Shown in pieces: positions 28,601 to 45,600 of a stretch of 64,000 nucleotides of DNA. Source of the DNA: the human T2T-CHM13v2.0 reference genome, Homo sapiens. The position numbers and the translations under genes are program-made. Every line of letters begins with the position of its first letter. Position 1 is the first letter of the stretch. The notes below the pieces were generated by a model. It was not told where the DNA came from. It ran no database searches and saw nothing but the letters and a program-made list of their open reading frames with translations. The stretch lies in assembly GCF_009914755.1 (NCBI RefSeq), contig NC_060929.1; one strand, given 5' to 3'.

Positions 28601-31600
28601 ACCACACATATTTAAACCTTTCTGTTGATTCATCAATTTGGAAACACTGCTTTTGTAGAATCTGCAAAGGTATATTTAGGAGACCACTGAGGCTATGGTG
28701 AAAAAGGAATTATCACTGATAAAAACAGGAAAGAAGATTCTTGAGAAACTGCTTTGTGATGTGTGCATTCAACTCACAGAGATAAAGCTGACTTTTGATT
28801 GAGCAGCTTCAAAACACTGATTTTGTAGGACCTGCGATGAGCTATTTCGGAGCACATTGAAGTCTGTGGTGATAAAGGAAATATCTTTGGATAAAAACTA
28901 GAAAGAAGCTTTTTGAGAAACTGCTTTGTGATATGTGCATTCACCTCACAGAGTTAAACCTTTCTTTTGATAGAGCAGTTTGGAAACACTGTTTTTGCAA
29001 AATCTGCAAAGCGATATAATGTAGCACAGAAAAGCCTGTGGTCAAAAAGGGAATGTCTTCAGATAAAAACTGGAAAGAAGGGTTATGAGAAACTGATTTC
29101 TGATGTGTGCATCCATAACACCAAGTTAAGTCCGTCTTTTGATGAAAGAATTTGGAAACACTTTTTTTGTAGAATCTGCATAAGGATATTTGGGAGCTCA
29201 TTGAGGCCTATAGTGGAAAAGGAAATATCTTCAGAGAAGACTTAGACAGAAGCTTTCTGAGATACTGCTTTGTGAGCTGTGCATTCATCTCACACAGTTA
29301 AACCTTTCTTCTGATGGAAGGGTTTGGAAACACTGTTTTTGTAGAATCTGTGAAGGCATATTTGGGAGCACATTGAAGCCTACGGAGAAAAAGGAAATAT
29401 CTCCGGATAAAAACTAGAAAGAAGGTTGTTGAGAAACTGCTTTGTGATGTGTGCATTTATCTTTCAGAATTAAACCTTTCTTTTTTGGAACAGTTTGGAA
29501 ACACTGTTTTAGTAGAATGCACGAAGGGATATTTGGGAGAACAGAGAGGCCCATGGTGGAAAAGGAAATATCTTCAGAGAAGAACTAGACAGAAGCTTTC
29601 TGAGAAACTGCTTTGTGATGTGTGTATTCATCTTACAGAGTTAAATCTTTCTTTTCATTGAGAAGTTTGGGTACACTGTTTTTGTAGAATCTGCAAAAAG
29701 ATATTTGGGAGAGCATTGAAGCCTATGGATAAAAAGGAAATATCTTTGTATTACAACCAGAAAGAAATATTTTGAGAAAATATTTTGTGATGAGTGGATT
29801 CTTCTCACAGAGTTAAACGTTTCTTTTGATTATCAGTTTGTAAACACTATTTTTGCTTAATCTGTGAAGGGTTTTTTGGGAGTGCATTGAAGCCTCTGGG
29901 GAAAAAGGAAATATCTTCAGATAAAAACTGGAAAGAAGCATTATCAGAAACTGCTTTCTGATGTGTGTATTAATCTCACAGAGTTAAGTCCTTCTTTTGA
30001 TGGAGCAGTTTGTAAAAACTGTTTTCTAGAAACTGCGAACGGATAATTGGGAGCGCATTGAGGTCTATGGTGGAAAATTAAATATCTTCAGAGAAGAATT
30101 AGAGAGAAGCTTTCTGAGAAACTGTTTTGTTATGTGTGCATTCTTCTCACAGAGTTAAACCTGCTTTTGATTTATCAGTTTGGAAACACTGCTTTTGTAG
30201 AATCTGCAAAGGGATATTTGGGAGTGCAAGAGGCCTATTTTGAAAAGGGACATAACTTCAGGTAAAAACTAGAAAGAAGCTTTCTGAGAAAGTGCTTTGT
30301 GATGTGTGCAGTCTTTTCACAGAGTTCAACGTTTCCTTTGACTGAACAGTTTGGAAACACTGTTTTTGTAGTATCTGCAATGCACCATTTGGGAGCACAC
30401 TGAGGCCTATTGGGAAAAAGAAAATATGTTCAGATAAAAACTAGAAAGAAGCTCTTTGAGAAACTGCTTTCTGATGGATGCATTCATCTCACAGAAAAAA
30501 AAAACTTTTCTTTTGGCTTACCAGTTTGGAAACACTGTTTTTGTATGATCTGTGAAGTGACGTTAGGTAGCACAAAAAGGCCTATGGTGAACAACGAAAT
30601 ATCTTCAGATAAAAACTGGAAAGAAGCATTATGAGAAACTACTTTCTGATGTGTGCATTCATCTCACAGTTTGAAATCCTTCTCTTGATGGAACAATTCA
30701 GAAACTCTGTTTTTATAGACTCTGTGAATGGATATTTGGGAGTGAGTTGAGGCCTATGGTGGAAAAAGAAATATCTTCGGAGAAGAACTAGTCAGGATCT
30801 ATTTGAGAAACAGTTTTGAGATGTGTGCATTCATCTCAGAGTTAAACATTTATTTTGATTGAACAGTTTGCAAACACTGTTTTTGTAGTGTCCACAATGC
30901 TCTATTTGGGAGCACACGGAAGCCTATGGTGAAAAAGGAAATATCTTTGGATAAAAAATAGAAGGAAGCTTGAGAAACAGCTTTATGATGTTTGCATTCA
31001 TCACACAGAGTTAAACCTATTATTGACTGAGCAGTTTGGAAACACTGTTTTTGCAAAATCTGTGAAACAATATTAGGTAGCACAAAAAAGGTTATGGTCA
31101 AAGAGGAAATATCTTCAGATAAAAACTGGAAAGAAGTGTTATTACAAACTGCTTTCTGATGTTCGTGTTCATCTCACAGAGTTAAGTCCTTGTTTTGATG
31201 GAACAGCTTTGAAACACTGTTTTTGTAGAATCTGTGAAGGGATATTTGGGAGCACCAGGAGGCCTATGGTGTAAAAGGAAATATCTTCAGAGAAGTAGTA
31301 GACAGAAGCTTTCTGAGAAACTGCTTTCTGATGTGTGCATTTATCTCAGAGTTAAATATTTCTCTTGTTTGAGCAGTTTAAAACACTTTTTTTGTAGAAT
31401 CTGTGAAGGGATATTTTTGAGCGTATTAAAGCTTATGTTGAAAAAAGAAATATCTTGGTATAAAAAGTAGAAAGAAAATTTTGATAAACTGCTTTGTGAT
31501 GTGTGCATTCATCTCAAAGAGTTAAACCTTTCTTTTGATTGAGCAGTTTGGAAACACTCTTTTTGTAGAATCTGCAAAGGGATATTTGGGAGCACGCTAG

Positions 31601-33536
31601 GCCTATGGTAAAAAAGGAAATAACTTCAGATAAAAGCTAGAAAGAAGCTTTCTGAGAAATGCTTTGTGATATGTGCATTCATCTCACATTGTTAAACCTT
31701 TCTTGTGATTGAGCAGTTTGGAAACACTGTTTATGTAGAATCTGTGAAGGGATATTTGGGAGAGCATTGAAGCCTATGATGAAAAAGGAAATATCTTTGG
31801 ATACAAATTAGAAACATGAACTTTGAGAAACTGCTTTGTGATGTGTGCAGTCAACTCACAGAGTTAAAACTTTCTTTTGATTGATGAGTCTGGAAACACT
31901 GTTTTTTTAGAATTTGTGAAGGGATATTTGGGAGCTCATGAGGTCTATGGTGAAAAAGTTAAGACTTTCCTTTCATTTAGCAGTTTGGAAACTCTGTTTT
32001 TGTAGAATCTGTGAAGGGATATTTGTGAACACACAGAGGCCTATGGTTGAAAAGGAAATATCTTCAGATAAAAACTAGACAGAAATATCTTCTGATACAT
32101 TATGAGAAACTGCTTTCTGATGTGTGCGTTCATCTCACAGAGTTAAAACTTTCTCTGGATTGGTTATATTGGAAGCACTGTTTTTGTAGAAACTGTGAAA
32201 GGATATTTGGAGTACATGAGGCCTGTGGTGAAAAAGGAAATAATATCATATAAAAACTAAATGGAAGCTTTTTGAAAAACCATTTTGTGATGTGTGCATT
32301 TTTATCACAGATTTAAAATTTTCTTTTTATTTAGCAGTTTGGTAACACTGTTTTTGTAGAATCCGCAAAGAGATATTTGGGAGCCCACTGATGCCTACAG
32401 TAAAAATGGAAATATCTTCAGAAAAAAAAACTAGAAAGAAGCTCTTTGAGAAACTGATTCCTGATGGATGCATTCACTTCACAGAAAAAAACTTTTCTTT
32501 TGACTGAGCAGTTTAGAAACACTGTTTTTGTATAATCTGTGAAGTGGTGTTGTAGCACAAAAAAGCCTATGGAGTACAAGGAAATAACTTCAGATTTAAA
32601 CTGGAAAGAAGTGTTATGAGAAGCTGGTAATTGATGTGTGCATTCATCTCACAAAGTTAAGTCCTCCTTTTGATGGAACTGTTCTGAAACACTGTTTTTA
32701 TAGCATCTGCGAAGGGATGTTTGTGAGTGCATTGAGGCCTAAGGTGCAAAAGGAAATATCTTCAGAGAAGAATTAGACAGAAGCTATTTGAGAAACTGCT
32801 TTGTGATGTGTGCATTTATCTCACAGAGTTAAACGTTTCTTTTGATGGAGCAGTTAGGAAACACTGTTTTTGTAGAATCTGTGATGGGATATTTGGGAGC
32901 ACATTGAAGTCTATGATGATAAAGAAAATATCTTCGGATAAAAACTAGAAAGAAGCTTTTTGAGAAACTGTTTGTGATGTGTGCATTCAACTCGCAGAGT
33001 TAAACCTGTTTTTTGATTGAGCAGTTTGAAAACACCAGTTTTTGTAGAATGTGCAACAGGATATTTGGGTGCACATTGAAGACTATGGTGATAAAGGAAA
33101 TATCCTCAGATAAAAACTAGAGAGAAGCTTTTTGAGAAACTGCTTTGTGATGAGTACCTTCATCTCAGTGAGTTAAACTTTTCTTTTGACTGAGCAGTTT
33201 GGAAACACTGTTTTTGAAAAATCTGCAAAGTGATATTAGGTAGCACAAAAAAGCCTATGTTGAAAAAGGAAATATCTTCAGATAAAAACTGTAAAGAAGC
33301 GTTATGAGAAAATGTTTTCTGATGTGTGCATTCATCTCAAAGGGTTAAGTCCTTCTTTTGATGGAAGAGTTGGAAACACCGTTTTTGTAGAATCTGTGCA
33401 GTGATATTTGGGAGCACACTGAGGCCTATGGTGGAAAGGATGTATCTTCAGAGAAAAACTAGACAGAAGCTTTCTGAGAAACTGCTTTGTGAAGGGTCCA
33501 TTGAGGTAAGAGAGATAAACCTTTCTTTTGATTGAA

Positions 33537-33769
33537 CAGTTTGGAAAAACAGTTTTTGTGGACTCTGGAAAGGGATGTTTGCAAGTGCATTGAAGCGTAA
33601 GGTAAAGAAGGAAATAACTTCTGATAAAAACTATAAAGAAGCCATTCTAACTGGTGTGAGATGGCTTCTTTATAGTTTTTATGAGAAGTTATCACCTTCT
33701 TTACCTTAGGCTTCAATGCACTTGCAAACATCCCTTTGCAGATTCCACAAAAACTGTTTTTCCAAACTG
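33537..33769. repeat. Inverted repeat: 109-bp alpha-satellite arms, 15-nt L1-derived loop
   Basis: 33537-33645 is the reverse complement of 33661-33769 with about 6 mismatches counted by eye; loop TCTAACTGGTGTGAG. Confidence 0.95.
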
Positions 33770-34348
33770 GAAGTCAGTGTGGCGATTCCTCAGGGATCTA
33801 GAATGAGAAATACCGTTTGACCCAGCCATCCCATTACTGGGTATATACCCAAAGGACTATAAATCATGCTGCTATAAAGATACATACACACGTATATTTA
33901 TTGTGGCACTATTCACAATAGCAAAGACTTGGAACCAACCCAAATGTCCAACAATGATAGACTGGATTAAGAAAATGTGGCACATATACACCATGGAATA
34001 CTATGCAGCCATACAAAATGATGAGTTCATGTCCTTTGTAGGGAAATGGATGAAATTGGAAATCATCATTCTCAGTAAACTATCGCAAGGACAAAAAACC
34101 AAACACCACATGTTCTCACTCGTAGATGGGAATTAAGCAACGAGAACACATGGACACAGGAAGGGGAACGTCACACTCTGGGGACTGTTGTGTGGTGGGG
34201 GGAGGGATAGCATTAGGAGATATACCTAATGCTAAATGATGAGTTAATGGGTGCAGCCCACCAACATGGCACATGTATACATATGTAACTAACCTGAACG
34301 TTGTGCACTTGTACCCTAAATCTTAAAGTATAATCATTAAAAAAAAAA
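33641..34348 (+). mobile_element. L1PA3-like LINE-1 with complex 5' junction and 17-bp TSD
   Basis: TSD AAAAACTATAAAGAAGC at 33626-33642 and 34344-34360. Order: 24-nt antisense L1 (33641-33664), inverted flank copy (to 33769), sense L1 ORF2 end plus 3' UTR (33768-~34335), short A-tail. Confidence 0.92.
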
Positions 34349-35982
34349 CTATAAAGAAGCTTTCTGATTAACTGCTTTGTGATGTGCTTGTTCAACTCAC
34401 CGAGTGAAACCCATTTTTTGATTGAGCAGTTTGGAAACACTGCTTTTGTTGAATCTGTGACAGGATATCTGGGAGCACATTGAGGTCTAAGGTGATAAAG
34501 GAAATATCTTCGGATAAAAACTAGAAAGAAGATTTTTGAGAAACCGCTTGTGATGTGTGCATTCATCTCACAGTGCTAAACATTACTTTTGATTGATCAC
34601 TTTGGAAACACTGTTTTGTAGAATCTGTGAAGGGATATTTGGGAACACAGGAGACCTACAGTGAAACAGGAAATAATTCCAGATAAACACTAGACAGAAG
34701 CTTTCTGAGAAACTGATATGTGATGTGGGCACTCTTCTCACAGAGGTAAATGTTTCTTTTGATTGAGCATTATGGAAACACTGTTTTTGTAGAATCTCCA
34801 AAGGGATATTTGGGAATGCACTGATGCCTATGGTGAAAAATGAAGAATCTCCAGATAAGAACTAGAAAGAATATTTTTGAGAATCTGCTTTGTGATGTGT
34901 GCATTCATCACACAGAGCTAAACCTTTCTTTTGATAGAGCAGTTTGGAAACACAGTTTTTGTAGAATGTGTGAAGGGATATTTGGGAGCACACAGATACC
35001 TGTGGTGAAAAAGGAAATATCTTGTGATAAAAACTGGAAGGAAGGATTTTGAGAAACTCCTCTGTGATGTTTGCATTCATCTCACAGAGGTAAACCTGTT
35101 TTTCACTGAGCAGTTTGGAAACACTGTTTTTGCAGAAACTGCAGAGGGATGTTTGGGAGCACACTAATGCCTTTGGTGAAAAAGGAAATATCTTGTGATA
35201 AAAACGGGAAGGAAACATTTTGAGAAACTGCTTTTTGATGTATGCATTCATCTCAAAGAGGTAAACCTTTCTTTTTACTGAGCAGTTGGGAAACATTGTT
35301 TCTGTAGAATCTCCGAAGTGATGTTAGGTACCACAAAAAGCCCTATGGTGAACAAGGAAATTTATTCTGATAAAAACTGGAAAGAAACGTTATGAGAAAG
35401 TGCTTTCTGATGTGAGTATTCATCTCACAGAGTTAAATCCTTCTAATGGAACTGTTCAAAAACATTGTTTTTATGGACTCTGTGAAGGGACATTTTGGAT
35501 CACATTGAGGTCTACGGTGGAAAAGGAAGAATCTTCAGAGAAGAGCTAGATGGAAGCAATCTGAGAAACTGCTTTGTGCTTTGTGCATTTATCTCACAGA
35601 CTTAAACCTTTCTTTTGATTGAGTAGTTTGGAAACACTGTTTTTGTATAATCCGCAAAGGTATATTTCAGAGTGCACTGAAGTCTATGGTGAAAAAGGGA
35701 ATATCTTCAGAAAGAAACTAAAAATAATCTTTTTGAGAAACTGCTGTGTGATGTTTGCATTCACCTCACCGAAGTAAACTTGTCTTTGGATTGAGCAGTT
35801 TGGTAACACTGTTTTTGTAGAATCTGCGCTGGAACATTTGGGAGCACATTGAAGCCTGTGGTAATAAAGGAAGCATCTTCAGATAAAAACTAGAGAGAAG
35901 CTATTTCAGAAATTGCTTTGTTACGTGTGCATTCATCACTCAGAGTTAAAACTTTCTTTGACTGATCTGTTTGGCATCACTG

Positions 35983-37115
35983 TTTTTTTTTATATCCATA
36001 CACATGGGCGATAAGTTTATTTCCAGTGTTAACTGATTTCTCAAATATTGTAGTAGTGATATCTTTCTAAAATTTCTTTTTTTTGTATTTACTGTTCTTT
36101 TTTTAAATTTTATTGTATTATTATTATACTTTAAGTCTTAGGGTACATGTGCACAATGTGCAGGTTAGTTACATATGTATACATGTGCCATGCTGGTGTG
36201 CTGCACCCATTAACTCGTCATTTAACATTACGTATATCTCCTGATGCTATCCCTCCCCCGACCCCCCACCCCACAACAGTCTCCAGAGTGTGACGTTCAC
36301 CTTCCTGTGTCCATGTGTTCTCATTTTTCAATTCCCACCTATGAGTGAGAACATGAGGTGTTTGGTTTTTTGTCCTTGTGATAGTTTATTAAGAATGATG
36401 ATTTCCAATTTCATCCATGCCCCTATAAAGGACATGAACTCGTCATTTTGTATGGCTGCATAGTATTCCATGGTGTATATGTGCCACATTTTCTTAATCC
36501 AGTCTATCATTGTTGGACATTTGGATTGCTTCCAATTCTTTGCTATTGTGAATAGTGCTGCAATAAACATACATGTGCATGTATCTTTATAGTAACATGA
36601 TTTATAGTCCTTTGGGTATATACCCAGTAATGGGATGGCTGGGTCAAATGGTATTTCTAGTTCTAGATCCCTGAGGAATTGCCACACTGTCTTCCACAAT
36701 GGTTGAACTAGTTTACAGTCCCACCAACAGTGTAAAAGTGTTCCTATTTCTCCACATCCTCTCCAACACCTGTTGCTTCCTGACTTTTTAATGACTGCCA
36801 TTCTAACTGATGTGAGATGCTATCTCATTGTGCTTTTGATTTGCATTTCTGTGATGGCCAATGATGATGAGCGTTTTTTCATGTGTCTTTTGGCTGCATA
36901 AATGTCTTCTTTTGAGAAGTGTCTGTTCATGTCCTTCACCCACTTTTTGATGGGGTTGTTTGTTTTTTTCTTGTAAATTTGTTTGAGTTCATTGTAGGTT
37001 CTTGATATTAGCCCTTTGTCAGTTAAGTAGGTTGTGAAAATTTTCTCCCATTTTGTGGGTTGCCTGTTCACTCTGATGGTAGTTTCTTTTGCTGTGCAGA
37101 AGCTCTTTAGTTTAA
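35983..37115 (-). mobile_element. L1PA3-like LINE-1, 5'-truncated, with probable 3' transduction, no TSD
   Basis: Antisense L1 ~36120-37115 (ORFs 36328..36801 and 36820..37188). Non-L1, non-alphoid sequence at 35992-~36076 has AATAAA on the minus strand (36016-36021) and a distal T-tract at 35983-35991. Confidence 0.92.
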
Positions 37116-40100
37116 GTCTTTTTTTTTTTGATGGAACAGTTTGGAAACAATGTTTTTGTAGAATCTGCGAAGGGATATTTTGGAGCACATTGAGGCCTGT
37201 GGTGAAAAAGGAAATATCTTCAGATCAAAACTAGAAACAAGCTTTCTGAGAAACTGCTTTGTGATTTGTGCATTCGTCACACAGAATTAAACTTTTCTTT
37301 TGATTTATGAGTTTGGAAACACTGTTTATGTAGCATCTGCAAAGGGATACTGGGGAGCCCATGAGGCCTATGGTGAAAAACGAAATAACTTCAGATAAAA
37401 ACTAGAAATAAACTTTCTGAGAAACTGCTTTGTGAATTGTGCAGTCTTCTCACAAAGTTAAACCTGTTTTTTCATGAGCAGTTTGGAAACACTGTTTTTG
37501 TAGAATCTACAAGGGGATATTTGGGAGTGCACTAATGCCTATGGTAAAAAAGGAAATATCTTTGGATAAAAACTAGGTAGAATCTTTTTGAGAGACTGCT
37601 TTGTGATGTATGCATTCATTTCACAGAGTTAAACTTTTCTTTTGACTGAGCAGTTTGTAAACAGTCTTTTTGTATAATCCACTAAGCAATGTTAGGTAGC
37701 ATAAAAAGGCCTATGGTGAAAAAGTTAATATCTTCAGATAAAAACTGGAAAGAAGCATTAGGAGAAAATGTTTTCTGATGTGTGCATTAATCTCTCAGAG
37801 TTAAATCCTTCTATTGATGGATCAGTTCAGAGACACTGTTTTTATAGAATCTGCAAAGTGATATATGGGATCGCATTGAGGCCTATGGTGGAAAAGGAAA
37901 TATCTTCAGAGAGGAACTAGACAGAAGCTATCTGATAAGCTGCTTTGTGATGTGTGCATTCATCTCTCCGAGTTAAAACTTTCTTTCAGTTGAGCAGTTT
38001 GGAAAAAGATTTTTTGTAGAATCTGCAACAGGATATTTAGGAACGCATTGAAGCCTATGGTGATAAATGAAATATCTTCAGAAAAAAACTAGAAATAATC
38101 TTTTTGAGAAACTGCTTTGTCAAGTGAGCATTCATCTGACAGAGTCAAACCTTTTTTTGATGGACCAGTTTGGAAATACTTTTTTTGCAAAATCTGCAAA
38201 GTGATATTAGGTAGTGCAGAAAGCCTATGGTGAACAAGGAAGTTACTTAAGATAAAAACTGGAAAGAAGCGTTAGGAGAAACTCTCTCTGATGTGTACAT
38301 TCATCTCACAGTGTTAAGTCCTTCTTTTGATGGAACAGTTTGTAAACACTGGTTTTGAAGATTCTGCAAAGGGAAACTTGGTAGTGCACTGAGTCCTAAG
38401 TTGAAAAAGGAAATTTCTTTGCATAAACACTGGAAAGAAACATTTTGAGAAAATGCTTTGTGATGTGTGCATTCAACTCACAGAGTTAAACCTGTTTTTT
38501 GGTTGAGCAGTTTGGAAACGCTGCTTTTGTAGCATCTTATATGCGATATTTGAAAACTCAGGCCATTAGGCCTATGGTGAAAAACGAAATATCTCCATAT
38601 AAAAACTAGAAAGAAGCTCTTTGAGAAACTGCTTTGTGATGTATGCATTCATCTTAAAAAGCTGAACTTTTCTTTTGACTCAGCAGTTTGGAGACACTGT
38701 TTTTGCAAATTCTGAGAAGCGATATTTTGTAGCGCAAGAAAAGTCTATGGTGAACAAGGAAATATCCACAGATAAATACTGGAAAGAAGCATTATGAAAA
38801 ACTACTTTCTGATGTGTGTGTCTATCTCACTGAGTTAAGTCCTTCTTTTGATAAAACAGCTTGGAAACTCTACTTTTGTAGAATCTGTTAAGGGATATTT
38901 GAGAGCGCTTTGAGGTCTATGGTGGAAAAGGAAGTATCTTTAATTAAGAACAAGAAAGAAGCTTTCTTTGAAATTGCCTTGTGATGTGTGCATTCATCTC
39001 ACAGAGTTAAACTTTTCTTTTGATTGAGCAGTTTGGAAACACTCTTTTTGTAGAATCTGTGAAGGGATATTTGTGAGCACAGGAGGCCTATGGTGGAAAA
39101 GTAAACAACTTCAGATAAAAACTACAAAGAAGCTTTCTGAGAAACCGCTTTGTGATGTGCACATTCTTCTCACAGAGATAAATATTTATTTTGATTTAGC
39201 AGTTTGCAAACACTGTTTTTGTAGAATCTGCAAAGGGATATTTGGGAGTGCACCGATGCTTATTGTGAAAAAAGAAATATCTTCAGATAAAAACCAGAAA
39301 GAAGCTTTCTGAGAAACGGTTTTGAGATGTGTTCACTCTTCTCACAGAGTTAAATCTGTTTTTTGATTGAGCAGTTTGGAAACCCTGTTTTTGTAGAATC
39401 TGCAAATGTATATTTGGGAGCTCCCTGAGGTCTAGGTGAAAAAGGAAATACCTTCCGGAAAAAACTAAAAAGATGCTGTTTGGGAAACTGCTTCATTAAG
39501 TATGCATTCATCTCACAGATTTAAACCTTTCTTTTGACTGAGCAGTTTTGAAACACTGTTTTTGCCAAATCTGCAGAGCGATATTTGGTAGTGCAAAGAG
39601 CCTATGGTGAACAAGGAAATATCTTCAGATAAAAACTGGAAAGAACTGTTATGGGAAACTGCTTTCTGATGCGTGCATACATCTCACAGAGTTAAGTCTT
39701 CTTTTGATGGAACAGTTAGGAACCACTGTTTTTATAGAATCTGTGAAGGGATATTTTGGAGTTCAATGAGGCCTATGGTAGAAAAGGAAATATCTTCAGA
39801 TTAAAACTGGAAAGAAGTGTTATGAGAAACTGTTTTCAGATGTGTGTGTTCATCTCACAGAGTTGTCCTTCTTTTGATGGAACAGTTTGGAAACTCTGTT
39901 TTTGTAGAACCTGCGAAGGGATATTTGGGAGTGCATTGAAGCCAATGGTGGAAAAGGAAATATCTTCAGAGAAGAACTAGACAGAAGCTTTCTACGAAAC
40001 TGCTTTGTGATGTTTGCATTCATCTCACTGTGTTAAACCTTTCTTTTGATTGATCAGTTTGGAAACACTCTTTCTGTAGAATCTGCAAAGAGATATTCAG

Positions 40101-40563
40101 GAGCACATTGAAGCCTATAGTGAAAAAGGATAAACAGTACAAAGAAGCTCTTTGTGAAAGTCCTTTGCAATGTGTGCACTGAGTTAAAACATTCTTTTGA
40201 CTGATCAGTTTGGAAACACTGCTTTTGTAGAATTTTTGAAAGGATATGTGGGAGCACATGAGATCTACAATGAGAAAGGAAATAACTTCAGATAAAGTCT
40301 AGAAAGAAGCTTTCTGAGAGACTGCTTTGTAATGTGTGCATTCTTCTCACAGAGTTAAAAAATCTTTTTGATTGATCAGTTTGGAAACACTGTTTTTGTA
40401 GAAGCTGCAAGGGGATATTTGGGAGAGCACTGGTGCCTATGGTGAAAAAGAAAATGTCTTCGGACAAAAATTAGTAAGAAGCTTTTTGAGAAACTACTTT
40501 GTCATGTACGCATTCATCTCTTGGAGTTCAAATTTTCTTTTGATTGAGCACTTTGGGAAAACT

Positions 40564-41670
<1,107 letters not shown>

Positions 41671-42883
41671 TAAAATCTGTGAAGCAATGTTTGGTAGCTT
41701 AAAAAGGCCTGTGGTGAACAAGGAAATATCTTCAGATAAAAACTGCAATTAAGAAGTATGGGGAACTGCTTTCTGATGTGTGTTCATCTCACAGACTTAA
41801 GTACTTCTTTGGTGTAACAGTTTGTAAACATTATAAGAAATAGAACCCACGAAGGGATATTTTAGAGTGCATTGAGCCCTATGGTGGAACAGGAAATATC
41901 TTCAGAGAAGAAATAGACAGAAGCTATCTGATAAACTGATATCTGATGTGTGCATTCATCTCACAGAGTTAAAGCTTTCTTTTCGTTGAACAGTTTAGGA
42001 ACACTGTTTTTGTAGAATCTGCAAAGGTATATTTGGGAACGCCCTGAAGTCGATGGTGAAAAAGGAAATATCTTTGCGTAAAAACTACAAAGAAGCTTTT
42101 TGAGAAACTGTTTTGTGATATGTGCATTCAACTCACAGAGTTAAACTTGTTTTTTGATTGGTCAGTTTGGAAACAGTTTTTGTAGAATCTGCAACGGTAT
42201 ATTTGGGATATTTGCGTTGAAGTCTATGGTGGTAAATGATATATCTTTGGATAAAAACTACAAAGAAGATATTAAGAAACTGCTTTGTGATGTGTGTATT
42301 CATCTCCCTGAGTTAAATATTTCTTTTGACTGAGCAGTTTTGAAACACTGTTTTTGCAAAATCTGCGAAGTGATATTATGTCACACAAAAAACCTATGGT
42401 GAAAAAGAAAATATTTTCAGATAAAAACAGGAAAGAAGTGGTATGAGAAACTGGTTTCTGATGTGTGCATTCTATTCAGAGATTTAAGACCTTCTTTTAT
42501 GGAACAGTTTGGAAACACCGTTTTTGTAGTATCTGCGAAGGGATATATGGGAGCACATTGAAGCCAATGGTGGAAAAGGAAATAACTACAGAGAAGAATT
42601 AGATAGAAGCATTCCGACGAAATGCTTTGTGATGTGTGCATTCATCTCACAGAGTTATACCTTCCTTTTGATTGAGCAGTTTGGAAACACTGTTTTTGGA
42701 GAATCTGTGAAGGGATATTTGGGAGTGCACTAGGCCTATGGTGAAAAAGGAAATAACTTCAGATAAAAACTACAAAGAAGATTTCTGAGAAACCGCTTTC
42801 TGATGTGTGCCTTCTCACAGAGTTAAACGTTTATTTTGATTGAGCAGTTTGGAAACACTGTTTTTGTAGAATCTGCAAAGGGA

Positions 42884-44636
<1,753 letters not shown>

Positions 44637-44637
<1 letters not shown>

Positions 44638-45600
44638 TACAGAATAGAGAAATTTTTTGCAACTGACTTATCTGACAAAGAGCTAATATCCATAATCTAC
44701 AATGAACTCAAACAAATTTACAAGGAAAAAACAAACAACTCTATTAAAAAGTGGGCAAAGGATATGAACAGACACTTCTCAAAAGAAGACATTTATGCAG
44801 TCAAAAAACACAGGAAAAAATGCTCATCATCACTGGCCATCAGAGAAATGCAAATCAAAACAACAATGACATACCATCTCACATCAGTTAGAATGGTGAT
44901 TATTAAAAACTCAGGAAACAACAGGTTCCAGAGAGGATGTGGAGAAATAGGAACACTTCTTTTACACTGTTGGTTGGACTCTAAGCTAGTTCTACCATTG
45001 CATAAGTCAGTGTGGTGATTCTTCGGGGATCTAGAACTAGAAATACCATTTGACCAACCCAGCCATCCCATTGCTGGGTATATACCCAAAGGACTATAAA
45101 TTATGCTGCTATAAAGACACATGCACACATATGTTTATTGTGGCACTATTCACGATAACAAAGACTAGGAACTGACCCAAATGTCCGACAATAATAGACT
45201 GGATTAAGAAAATGTGGCACATATACATCATAGAATACTATGAAGCCATAAAAAATGATGAGTTCTTGTCCTTTGTAGGGAAATGGGTGAAGCTGGAAAA
45301 CATCATTCTCAGCAAACTATCACAAGGAGATAAAACAAACATGGAATGTTCTCACTCATAGTTGGGAATTGAACAATGAGAACACATGGACACAAGAAGG
45401 GGAACATCACACACTGGGGACAGTTGTGGGGTGGGGTGAGGGGGGAGGGATAGCATTAGGAGATATACCTAATGCTAAATGACGAGTTAATGGGTGCAGC
45501 ACACCAACATGGCACATGTATACATATGTCACAAACCTGCACGTTTTGCACATGTACACTAAAACTTAAACTATAATAATAATAATTTTTTTTTAAAAAA
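44637..45600 (+). mobile_element. L1PA4-like LINE-1, 3' ~0.95 kb, fused 5'-to-5' with the previous element
   Basis: Starts CTACAGAATAGAGAAATTTTTTGCAAC, runs through ORF2 end and 3' UTR to a degenerate (ATA)n/T/A tail at ~45572-45600. Confidence 0.92.
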
